Shown here piece after piece: positions 28,009 to 36,933 of a DNA stretch of 64,000 bases. The position numbers were made by a program, and so were the translations under genes. Each line of letters begins with the position of its first letter. The stretch's first letter is position 1. Under the pieces are notes generated by a model. It was not told the DNA's origin. It worked only from the letters and a program-made list of their open reading frames with translations, and did not search any database. Source of the DNA: a bacterium (GTDB lineage: Bacteria > Patescibacteriota > Minisyncoccia > Minisyncoccales > CG1-02-41-26); NCBI GenBank assembly GCA_030616605.1, contig JAUWWY010000001.1:68251-132250 (forward strand). Reading direction: 5' to 3'.

Positions 28009-29568
28009 ATGTTAACAAAAGAGCAGAGATTTAAAATTTTAGAATCTCATCAGTGGAAAGAAGAAGAAGCGGGGGCGTCTCCTCTTATTTTAGACCTTAC
28101 TAGAACTTGTTATTTAGACAGCTTTAAGCTTTATAATAAAAGATTGTTTTCGGTTTGCATTTATTTTTTACGAGGAAATTATTATGCTTTTGAATGGGTT
28201 GAGTTAGATGAGATAAAGCGAGCTTTTGATTTTGGGTTTAAAAAATGGAAGAAAGAGAAGAATTTTTTCAAAAAGAAAAACAAAGAATTTGAGATGATTT
28301 GCCAAAGTATTAAAAAAATTTTCTGGGAAATCAAAGAAGGAATTAAAGATTACTCCAATAATAAATTAAAAGAATTAACTGATTTACTATTTTATCTTTG
28401 GAGAAAGCAATATGGTTATTCTATATTTTCAGAGGCGGCAGATATTTTAACAGAATTAGATTACTTTAAATTTTTACCAAAAGTTCCCCAAAAAAGTTTT
28501 AATAAAGTTATTCAAATTCTTACTAATCCCGAGGAATTAACTTTTTGGGATCAGGAAAATCTTAGTTTATTAGAAATTACCAAAGAAGTTTTAAACAATA
28601 AGAAGTTGAAAAAAGCAGTTCGTGAGAAATCATTGAAAGAAATAAAAAAATTCCTTGATTTTTTTACCAAGTTAAATTTACACACTCAAGAATATTTTTG
28701 GATTCAGAATAGTTTTCGGGAAGCTGTTTATTTGGATAATAATTATTTTCTAGAGCAAATAGCAGAAATTATTAATAAAAATTCACTAAAAGAAATAGAA
28801 AAAGAAATAAAAAGACTTGTCCATAAAAAAGAAATGAGTAAACGAAATATAAATAATATATATAAAAAATACAAACTATCTACTGAAGCTAAAGACTTTT
28901 TTGATATGATTAGATATTTTGCGGTTCTCCAAGATAGAAGAAAAGAAAACGTTCAAAGATTAGTATTTTGTATTGATCAGGTATTAAATAAGGTAGAAAA
29001 AAGATTTAAAATTAAAAAAGAAGATTTAGAAAATTATTTTGTCTTTGAAATATTAGAACTTCTTAATAAAAACAAAAAAGTTTCTCAAAGGGATTTAAAA
29101 AAAAGAGAAAAGATAATATTTTTCTCATATATAAAAAATGGTGATATAAAAACAGATAGATTGTTTGGAAAAGAGGCAGAAGAAATTGACCAATTCTTTA
29201 AAGAAAAAAGAAAGGAATTTATTTCCAGTGGTATTATAAAGGGCTTTGTGGCTTCTGTTGGAAGGGGGAGTAAAACAGTGAAGGGAAAAGTTAGAATTGT
29301 TTTTAATCCCAACAAAGACATTTTTAAAAATGATGAAATTTTGGTTGCTGGTATGACCAGGCCGGAGTTTGTTCCTTTAATGAAAAAGGCAAAAGCAGTT
29401 ATTACAAATGAAGGTGGAATTACAACTCATGCAGCAATAGTTTCCCGGGAATTAAAGAAACCCTGCATTATCGGTACTAAAATTGCAACCGATGTTTTAA
29501 AAAATGGGGATTTGGTGGAACTCGATCTCCGTAAAGGAATTGTTAAAATTTTAAAAAGGTCAAAATAA
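28009..29568 (+). CDS. Helical domain plus C-terminal PEP-utilising-enzyme phospho-His swivel domain
   Basis: ILVAGMTRPEFV..AVITNEGGITTHAAIVSRELKKPCIIGT; no ATP-grasp or TIM-barrel domain. Confidence 0.85.
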   Translation: MLTKEQRFKILESHQWKEEEAGASPLILDLTRTCYLDSFKLYNKRLFSVCIYFLRGNYYAFEWVELDEIKRAFDFGFKKWKKEKNFFKKKNKEFEMICQSIKKIFWEIKEGIKDYSNNKLKELTDLLFYLWRKQYGYSIFSEAADILTELDYFKFLPKVPQKSFNKVIQILTNPEELTFWDQENLSLLEITKEVLNNKKLKKAVREKSLKEIKKFLDFFTKLNLHTQEYFWIQNSFREAVYLDNNYFLEQIAEIINKNSLKEIEKEIKRLVHKKEMSKRNINNIYKKYKLSTEAKDFFDMIRYFAVLQDRRKENVQRLVFCIDQVLNKVEKRFKIKKEDLENYFVFEILELLNKNKKVSQRDLKKREKIIFFSYIKNGDIKTDRLFGKEAEEIDQFFKEKRKEFISSGIIKGFVASVGRGSKTVKGKVRIVFNPNKDIFKNDEILVAGMTRPEFVPLMKKAKAVITNEGGITTHAAIVSRELKKPCIIGTKIATDVLKNGDLVELDLRKGIVKILKRSK

Positions 29569-29583
29569 AAATTAAAAAAATAT

Positions 29584-30435
29584 ATGCCAAAAACAATAGA
29601 GGATATTATTAGGGAAAATTTAAAAAAGGGAAAACAAAAGATTGGATTTGGTTTGCTAAAAAAAGATAAAGAGATAATCACGAGTTTAAGAAAGGCTAAA
29701 AAATACGCCAATCTTGTTATAGTCGGACCAAAATCATTGGGTAAGATTTCAGGCTTTGACTGTGTCTTGGCAAAAAATCCTGAAAAAAAACTTGCTGAAA
29801 TATTATACCAGGGAGAGGTTAATGGAATTGTCAGGGGAACAATAGATGATTTCAAGACATTTGAGGCTTATCAAGATTTTGTTGGTAAAAAGAAAACAGC
29901 AAAAATGAAAGAGTTAGCAGTTCTTGAAGATGGCTATGGAAGGCAGTTTTTCATTTCCGAAGCCAGTAATCCGGCTGGCTGGACAAAAGAAGAAAAGATA
30001 CATAATGTTGAGGGAATTATAGAATTTATGAAAGAATTAAAGATGAAGCCGAAAATCGGAGTGATTGCCGGTACCAGACATGATACTTATAAGAGAAAAA
30101 AGAAGATTAAAACAGGGGTTGTTGGAATCTTAAATAAAACTTATGAGCAAGCTGAAGCCGTGGTGAAACACTTTAAAAGAAAAAGATATCAAATAAAAAA
30201 CTATGCTATTGAATTGAATGGGGCAGTTGAAGATGGCTGTAATATTATTGTTCCTCCGAACGGAATGGTTGGAAATCAGTGGTTCAGAGCATTGTGTTTG
30301 ATTGGTAAAGGAAAGATACTAATATGTTCAAGAACAAATCTTCCCCATGTTTATGAAGATAATTCCAGAAATGAAAAAGATTTTTCTTTCCATATAAAAT
30401 GGGCAGCTGCTTGGGCAAACAGTAAAAAGAAGTAA
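29584..30435 (+). CDS. MtxX / methanogenesis marker 4-like protein (phosphotransacetylase-like fold)
   Basis: GEVNGIVRGT and NIIVPPNGMVGNQWFRAL resemble MtxX VRG and PDG.SGNL.FR.L motifs; C-terminal D.SR. Confidence 0.65.
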   Translation: MPKTIEDIIRENLKKGKQKIGFGLLKKDKEIITSLRKAKKYANLVIVGPKSLGKISGFDCVLAKNPEKKLAEILYQGEVNGIVRGTIDDFKTFEAYQDFVGKKKTAKMKELAVLEDGYGRQFFISEASNPAGWTKEEKIHNVEGIIEFMKELKMKPKIGVIAGTRHDTYKRKKKIKTGVVGILNKTYEQAEAVVKHFKRKRYQIKNYAIELNGAVEDGCNIIVPPNGMVGNQWFRALCLIGKGKILICSRTNLPHVYEDNSRNEKDFSFHIKWAAAWANSKKK

Positions 30436-30449
30436 AATTTTCTTGAATT

Positions 30450-30487
30450 AAAAAAGCCCAAAACTTTCAGTTCTGGGCTTTTTTTTA
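30450..30487. terminator. Bidirectional terminator between convergent genes
   Basis: AAAAAAGCCCAAAACT-TTC-AGTTCTGGGCTTTTTTTT. Confidence 0.8.
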
Positions 30488-30491
30488 TTAA

Positions 30492-31496
30492 TTAAACTAC
30501 AAATTCTCCTTTCTTTAGGATGGTTACAGGAACATCTGTCCTTTCCCTTGAAATAAAGGTTACTGAGGCTGAGAACTTGATACAATCAATATGAACACCA
30601 GCATTGTAGCGGCCATACTGAAACTTATCAAGCTCAGGACAGGTTTCTTGAAGACAAAGAGCGTTGGTTCCAATGGCGATGTGGATACCGCCTTTCAGTT
30701 TTTCGGCGATAACCGAACGATAGACTCGCGACGGTCTTCCAGGATTGATGCCAAGAGCAAATTCACCTAAACTATAAGCCTTTGGATTACCTGCTTTTTC
30801 GAGCATCTCTTGGAGGGTTTTTGCCTGACTTTCGCCTTCTATTTTTACCACTTGATTCTCTTCAATGGTAAGACGAATTTCCTCCTTAATTTCATTCAAA
30901 GGATTAGTGGCAAAGTCACCCGGTCTGAGTACGTAAGTTCCTTTGGCCCAAAAAGGAGCTGTTGCTAACTCCCCATAAGGACCATTAGTACCGAAACCCT
31001 CTCTTTCTCCAGTTTCTTTAATCCAATTCTTGGAAGGGATCTTTAACCAGAGATTAGTGCCGTCATTAGCGTTAATCATGAATGCTCCACCGATATCTCC
31101 ACCAATGGCTTTGAGAATTGTTTCTGCCCGTTCTCGGCAAACTTCCCGATTTTGGGGGTCGAGAATCGCCAGCCAATCCGGGCTAATCCCTGGATTGGAG
31201 ATGAGAAACATTCCCCATTCCATCATTTTAACGCTCATTGGAGAGTGGGAGATACTAACCGAAGCTATCAGCCAGGCCAGTGTTTTGTTTTCAAGGAATT
31301 TCTTGTTTAATTCATAATCCTGTCCTGGTCGTTCAATCTGAGGGATATGTACTATCTGGTGTTCGTAACCAGCAAAAATTTCTCCGATAGGAGCATTTTT
31401 ATAGCCCTCGTCAACGACAAACAGAATTCTGTCATCCGGCTTCACATAAAGCTCTTTTTGAGCTTTTAGAACAGCTTTCAATTCCTCGCGTTTCAT
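30492..31496 (-). CDS. M29/thermophilic metalloprotease-like (aminopeptidase-like) protein
   Basis: N.PYGE..TAP, LGEFALGINP, EKL.GGIHIAIG, VHIDCI; own promoter and SD AAGGAG. Confidence 0.7.
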   Translation of the reverse strand: MKREELKAVLKAQKELYVKPDDRILFVVDEGYKNAPIGEIFAGYEHQIVHIPQIERPGQDYELNKKFLENKTLAWLIASVSISHSPMSVKMMEWGMFLISNPGISPDWLAILDPQNREVCRERAETILKAIGGDIGGAFMINANDGTNLWLKIPSKNWIKETGEREGFGTNGPYGELATAPFWAKGTYVLRPGDFATNPLNEIKEEIRLTIEENQVVKIEGESQAKTLQEMLEKAGNPKAYSLGEFALGINPGRPSRVYRSVIAEKLKGGIHIAIGTNALCLQETCPELDKFQYGRYNAGVHIDCIKFSASVTFISRERTDVPVTILKKGEFVV

Positions 31497-31635
31497 TTTT
31501 AACTCCTTTTAGATTTTTCTTTCAATATTTTGTTTTTAAGTTTCAAAACTGCTTGTATTATAGCAAATTTATTGTAATTTGTCAAATTAGAATGAGCTTT
31601 ATTTTAGAGAGATGAAATGATAAAATAAACTAATT

Positions 31636-32580
31636 ATGGCTAAAAAATTTATTCTTTTTTTTGATAAAATTAGCAAAAAAGACATTTCTATTGCCGGGGG
31701 CAAAGGAGCTTCGCTGGGAGAGATGAGCCAGGCTGGATTTCCTGTTCCGCCGGGTTTTGTTATCTTAGCTTCGGCCTTTGACAGGTTTTTAAAAGAAACC
31801 GACATTAACGTAGAAATTGAAGCTCAACTTAAGAAAGTAGACTCCAAAGAGATTCATACAATAGATGATGCTTCAGAAGTATTAAGGACTTTAATTGAAA
31901 GATATGAAATGCCAAAAGATATAGAGAAAGAAATTCTTTCAGCTTTTGATAAATTTGGTGTTACTTATACAGCAGTTCGTTCTTCAGCCACGGCTGAAGA
32001 TTCAAAAATTGCTTCCTGGGCAGGAGAATTGGAAAGCTATTTGGGGATTACTAAAAAAGATTTAATAAAAGCAGTTCAGAAATGCTGGTCTTCTTTGTTT
32101 ACTCCCCGAGCTATTTTTTACCGAATAGAAAAAGGTCTTGACGGTAAACAAGTCTCAGTAGCAGTGGCTGTTCAAAAACTCATTGATTCTGATGTAGCCG
32201 GGGTTTGTTTTACTGTTCATCCGGTTACTCAAGACAAAAATCAAATGATTATTGAGGCAAGCTGGGGATTAGGAGAGTCAGTGGTGGCTGGCAAAGTAAC
32301 CCCGGATACCTATGTGGTAGATAAGAAGAAAATGGAGATTTTAGACATTAATGTTGCTCAACAGTATACAGAAATTAAAAGAATTGGCCAAGAAACAAAA
32401 GAAATTAAAGTTCCGGAATCGAAAGCTGGAAAACAATGCCTTTCAAATGAAAAAATCATAGAACTTGCTAATATCTGCCAGAAAATAGAAAACCATTACG
32501 GATTTCCCTGCGACATTGAATGGGCAATTGAAAAAGGAAAAATTTATATTGTCCAATCACGCCCAATAACTACACTTTAA
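31636..32580 (+). CDS. Stand-alone nucleotide-binding (ATP-grasp, PPDK_N) domain of the PEP synthase family
   Basis: AGGKGASLGEM, PVPPGF, AVRSSATAED..ASWAG, WGLGESVV.G, DIEWA..IVQSRPITTL; stops right after the domain. Confidence 0.9.
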   Translation: MAKKFILFFDKISKKDISIAGGKGASLGEMSQAGFPVPPGFVILASAFDRFLKETDINVEIEAQLKKVDSKEIHTIDDASEVLRTLIERYEMPKDIEKEILSAFDKFGVTYTAVRSSATAEDSKIASWAGELESYLGITKKDLIKAVQKCWSSLFTPRAIFYRIEKGLDGKQVSVAVAVQKLIDSDVAGVCFTVHPVTQDKNQMIIEASWGLGESVVAGKVTPDTYVVDKKKMEILDINVAQQYTEIKRIGQETKEIKVPESKAGKQCLSNEKIIELANICQKIENHYGFPCDIEWAIEKGKIYIVQSRPITTL

Positions 32581-32590
32581 ATTTTAAAAA

Positions 32591-34375
32591 ATGACTGTGA
32601 TAAAATTAAGTAAAATTTTTAGCAGAGAACATACATTATTTTATGTTTATATGTGGAATAGAAGTGATCGCTTAGGATTTAAGCAGTGGCTTAATCACGA
32701 TTTAAAAAATAGCCTATTTTTGAAAAAAGATAAGCACAATAAAATTTCAGTTTGGTATGAAGAAAAAGAATTCAATCAGATTCGCAAAAAAATCGCTCAG
32801 AGATTTAAAAAAGACAAATCTTTACTCGATAAGCTAGCTGAAATTTTACATGAAGAAGAAAAAACCATTGCTTCTATATTTGATCATAAAAAAGAAATAA
32901 CAAACATTAGAGAATTGGAAAAATACTATAAAAGTATTACAAACTGGTGGTCTTCAATGGTTATTTTATTTGAAGTGCCAGATTTAAAAGATATTCCAAA
33001 GATAATTCGCCAAAGGGCACTTCATTTACGTCGTTTAAGTGAAAAATATTCTGATAAGCAAGATATAGTCTTTATAAATTTTTGGAGAAGTAAATACCCA
33101 AAGATGAGAGATATAACATTTCTCATTAAACCCTCGGAGATTTTTAGCATGAAAAATAATAATATTAATAAGAGAACATTGGAAAGAATTAAAGAGAGAA
33201 TAAATGGCTACGGACTTTTTAATAGTAGGCTTTATTTATTGCCAGGACTTAAGAAGAAACTCGAGAATTCTTTCGTTGTTTTAGATAAAAAAACACCTAA
33301 AGCATTAGATAAAAAAGAAAAGTGGATAAATCATATTTCTAGAGACATGTCTTTGATGGCAATTTATTATCCATTTTATGTTCAAGTAAAGAAAAATATT
33401 TTTGATTTCGGATGTAAAAATAGCTTATATTTTTCAAAGAAAGGATTTATTAAAGGATATAAAAGTTATAAAGATCAGGAAAATACATTCAAGGAAATTA
33501 GAGAATACATTACAAAAGGAGAATTAAAGAAAATATTAAAAGAGTTTAAAAGAATAATAGAAAAAAGAATAAAGCTATCTAATAAATTTGTAAACACTGA
33601 TTTAGAAAAGAAAGGCTTAAGCTGGGTTATTAAAGAATTTGAGAATTTTCATAAATTTTTTTTAAAATATTGGTCTTATCATATTTTTGCCTTTAATTTA
33701 GGAAATGCTGTAGAAAATGCTGATTATGAAGTCGTTCTTAAAAAACATAAAGATTTAATAAACAAAATAAGGAGGTTCCATCCATTTCTATTTTTTGATG
33801 AAAAGTATTTGCCCCATTTATTTAAATATCTTGAAAAAGAATCCAAAATTCCTCAAAGAAAATTCTATAACCTTACTCCAACAGAAATAATTACAATTCT
33901 AAAAAGAAAGAAAATAATAAACTTGGAAGAAATAAAAGAAAGAGAAAAATACTATTTGTTAAAGTGGCACAAAGACAGAGAAAAGATTTATTCCGGGAAA
34001 GAGGCCTTAAAAGAATATCAACGAATTATAGGTTCTGAAGATAAAGAAAAGATAAAAGAAATCAAAGGAAAAGTTGTTTTTATGGGAAAAATTAAGGGAA
34101 GGGTTAAGTTAGTTATATTGAAGAATGATCTAAAGAAAGTTATGAAAGGAGATATTCTTGTAGCCCCAATGACAACACCTGATTATGTTCCAGCGCTAAG
34201 AAGAGTAGCGGCGATAGTGACAGACGAAGGAGGAATTATTTGCCACGCTGCAATTATATCAAGAGAATTAAAAATTCCTTGTGTTATAGGTACGAAAAAT
34301 GCCACCAAAGTCCTTAAAGACGGGGATTTAGTCGAGGTGGATGCTAATAAGGGGATAGTTAAGAAACTAAAATAA
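32591..34375 (+). CDS. Helical domains plus C-terminal phospho-His swivel domain
   Basis: GDILVAPMTTPDY..IVTDEGGIICHAAIISRELKIPCVIGT. Confidence 0.85.
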   Translation: MTVIKLSKIFSREHTLFYVYMWNRSDRLGFKQWLNHDLKNSLFLKKDKHNKISVWYEEKEFNQIRKKIAQRFKKDKSLLDKLAEILHEEEKTIASIFDHKKEITNIRELEKYYKSITNWWSSMVILFEVPDLKDIPKIIRQRALHLRRLSEKYSDKQDIVFINFWRSKYPKMRDITFLIKPSEIFSMKNNNINKRTLERIKERINGYGLFNSRLYLLPGLKKKLENSFVVLDKKTPKALDKKEKWINHISRDMSLMAIYYPFYVQVKKNIFDFGCKNSLYFSKKGFIKGYKSYKDQENTFKEIREYITKGELKKILKEFKRIIEKRIKLSNKFVNTDLEKKGLSWVIKEFENFHKFFLKYWSYHIFAFNLGNAVENADYEVVLKKHKDLINKIRRFHPFLFFDEKYLPHLFKYLEKESKIPQRKFYNLTPTEIITILKRKKIINLEEIKEREKYYLLKWHKDREKIYSGKEALKEYQRIIGSEDKEKIKEIKGKVVFMGKIKGRVKLVILKNDLKKVMKGDILVAPMTTPDYVPALRRVAAIVTDEGGIICHAAIISRELKIPCVIGTKNATKVLKDGDLVEVDANKGIVKKLK

Positions 34376-34383
34376 AAAAAATA

Positions 34384-35832
34384 ATGATTAATTCAAATAA
34401 ACAACTTTGGATTTGGGGACCAATTGATGGTCGGCCAATTTATATCTCATATTTTATGATTGCAATTGCCCGATATTTGCCTCGCTATTATAGATATCGC
34501 TGGTCTGAGGTTTTATTTTATTTTATCAAAGATAAGATGACTTTTATTTCTGAAAATCAAAATTTAAGAGCCGCAGGAGAAAGACATTTTAAGAGCTGGA
34601 TTTTAAATGATATGGGTTTTAAAAAAGTTAAAGCTGATTACCAAAAAACCTTAAATCAATTAAAGGATTTTCAATTAAAAATTTCAGAGAAATTTCTCTC
34701 CTCATTAAATGATAAAGATTTTACTCAGGCCTATTCTAAATGGCAGGATTTATATCTTAAGTTTTGGGGAGTCGGTTTAGTTCCAGAATTGGCTAATTTG
34801 GGCGGTGAAGAGATTTTAAAAGAAGCTTTGTCTAAAAATATCAATAAGCAGAAAGAATTTATTTCAGCCCTGGAAAAACTTTCCGCCCCAGAAAATCTCT
34901 CTTTTTATCAGGAAGAAGAGTTAGATTTATTAAAATTAAAAAAGTACCAAGGAACAAAGGAATTTGATAAATTAATGAAAAACCATAGCCAAAAATATTT
35001 TTGGATTAGAAATAGTTATTTTGAACAAAAAGATTTAAAACCAAATTATTTCAAAAAAATATTATCAGGAATAAAACAAGTTCAGTCTAAAATAAAAGAA
35101 ATAGAAAATTTGCCCAAAAAGAGAATGGCTGATAAAAAATCAGTTATTAAAAAATATCAATTAAATAAAAGAACAATTAAAATAGCTAAAAGACTTTCTT
35201 ATTCAATTTGGTGGCAGGACGCTAGAAAAAAGGAAATTTTTATTGCCAACTATTATATAAATTTGTTTTTGAAAGAGATAGCCAAAAGAAAAAGAATTTC
35301 TTTTTTTGATTTAAGATTTTATTGGCCAACCGAACTCATTAAGTTATTGAAGACTAATAAAAAAATTTCAGCTGAAGAAATAACTAAAAGAAAGAAATTT
35401 GTTTTAATTCACTACTATAAAGACCATTTAATCTATAAAAGTGGACAAAAAGAAAAAAAATTAATCAAGCCATTTTTAATAAAGAAACTAGATAAAGATT
35501 CAGCTAATATGACCGGTATGGTGGTTAGTACTGGTTGCGGTAAGGTCCATGGAAGAGTAAGAATATTATTAACACCCCGTAATGTTAGTAAAATGAAGTT
35601 AGGGGAGATTTTAGTCGCTCCAATGACTTCGCCTGAATTTATTATGGCTATGAAAAAATCTGCGGCGATTATTACTGATGAAGGAGGCATTACCTCACAT
35701 GCAGCTATAATTTCCAGGGAATTGGGTATTCCTTGTTTAGTGGGCACTAAAATTGCCACTAAGGTTTTAAAAGACGGTGATTTGGTTGAGGTTAATGCCA
35801 ATCATGGAATGGTTAAGATTTTAAAGAAATAA
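34384..35832 (+). CDS. Helical domain plus C-terminal phospho-His swivel domain
   Basis: GEILVAPMTSPEF..ITDEGGITSHAAIISRELGIPCLVGT; KYFWIRNSY matches EYFWIQNSF of the 28009 ORF. Confidence 0.85.
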   Translation: MINSNKQLWIWGPIDGRPIYISYFMIAIARYLPRYYRYRWSEVLFYFIKDKMTFISENQNLRAAGERHFKSWILNDMGFKKVKADYQKTLNQLKDFQLKISEKFLSSLNDKDFTQAYSKWQDLYLKFWGVGLVPELANLGGEEILKEALSKNINKQKEFISALEKLSAPENLSFYQEEELDLLKLKKYQGTKEFDKLMKNHSQKYFWIRNSYFEQKDLKPNYFKKILSGIKQVQSKIKEIENLPKKRMADKKSVIKKYQLNKRTIKIAKRLSYSIWWQDARKKEIFIANYYINLFLKEIAKRKRISFFDLRFYWPTELIKLLKTNKKISAEEITKRKKFVLIHYYKDHLIYKSGQKEKKLIKPFLIKKLDKDSANMTGMVVSTGCGKVHGRVRILLTPRNVSKMKLGEILVAPMTSPEFIMAMKKSAAIITDEGGITSHAAIISRELGIPCLVGTKIATKVLKDGDLVEVNANHGMVKILKK

Positions 35833-35850
35833 TAAACTTTTAGAGGGGTC

Positions 35851-35883
35851 TGCTGGCTAATTTCCAGCAGGTTTTTTTATTGA
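35851..35883 (+). terminator. Terminator hairpin; right direct repeat of the phosphotransferase island
   Basis: TGCTGGCTAATTTCCAGCAGGTTTTTTTATTGA. Confidence 0.75.
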
Positions 35884-35942
35884 ATTTATGGATAAAATTG
35901 GCTTGTTTTTGACTCAAAATTGAGCTAAAATGAAAGAGTAAT

Positions 35943-36926
35943 ATGAATCCAAAAGCAATCAAAATTGAAGCCCAAAAAGAGATAAAAAGGGTAAAGAATT
36001 TAAAAAATTTAGATAAGATTTTCAAGAAATATCTGGGCAAAAAGGGAAAAATTGCCCAGGTTTTTAATTCTTTAAAAAAACTTTCCGAAAAAGAAAGAAA
36101 GAAAATTGGCAAAGAAACAAATTTAGTCAAAGTTGAAATTGATAAAATGATAAAAAAGAAATCAAAAGAATTAAAAGAAAAAGAGAGAAAAATTCAAATC
36201 AAGAAAGAAAGAATTGATATTACTCGCCCCGGAAAGAAAATAGGAGTAGGCCACTTACATCCCTTAACTTTAGTCCAAAGAGAAATTTTTGAGATATTCC
36301 AATCTATGGGTTTTTCAGTTATTCAGGGACCAGAGGTTGAGACAGAATGGTATAATTTTGATGCCTTAAATATTCCCAAAGACCATCCGGCCAGAGATAT
36401 GTGGGACACTTTTTGGCTCAAAAATAATAAGTTATTGCTGAGAACCCATACCTCGCCGGTTCAAATTCGCTATATGGAAAAGCATAATCCACCCTTGAGG
36501 ATTATTGTGCCGGGAAAATGTTTTAGGCATGAGGCAACTGATGCTTCCCACGATATTCAATTTTATCAACTTGAGGGATTAATGATAGATAAAAACATTT
36601 CAGCTGCTAATTTTAAGGCAATAATTGAAGAATTTTTAAAAAGGTTTTTCAAAACAAAAGTTGAAATTCAATTAAGACCGAGCTATTTTCCCTTTACTGA
36701 GCCAAGTTTTGAGATAGATGTTCGGAAAGAAAAAGGGAAATGGGTTGAGATGATGGGGGCCGGGATGGTTCACCCCAATGTTTTTAAAGCAGCTGGTTTA
36801 AACCCTAAAGAATGGCAAGGATTTGCCTTTGGGGTGGGATTGGATAGATTAGCAATGGTCAAATATAAAATTGGAGACATTAGATTGTTTTATCAGGGAG
36901 ATTTACGATTTTTAAAACAGTTTTAA
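35943..36926 (+). CDS. pheS: Phenylalanine--tRNA ligase alpha subunit
   Basis: GHLHPL, NFDALN.P.DHPARDMWDTF, LLRTHTSPVQ, RPSYFPFTEPS. Confidence 0.98.
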   Translation: MNPKAIKIEAQKEIKRVKNLKNLDKIFKKYLGKKGKIAQVFNSLKKLSEKERKKIGKETNLVKVEIDKMIKKKSKELKEKERKIQIKKERIDITRPGKKIGVGHLHPLTLVQREIFEIFQSMGFSVIQGPEVETEWYNFDALNIPKDHPARDMWDTFWLKNNKLLLRTHTSPVQIRYMEKHNPPLRIIVPGKCFRHEATDASHDIQFYQLEGLMIDKNISAANFKAIIEEFLKRFFKTKVEIQLRPSYFPFTEPSFEIDVRKEKGKWVEMMGAGMVHPNVFKAAGLNPKEWQGFAFGVGLDRLAMVKYKIGDIRLFYQGDLRFLKQF

Positions 36927-36933
36927 AGTATAT

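Noticed and set aside
31636..35832. PEP synthase (ppsA) or a frameshifted ppsA pseudogene
   Set aside because: No pyruvate-binding TIM barrel. The ORFs are intact, end at domain boundaries and the His domain occurs three times.
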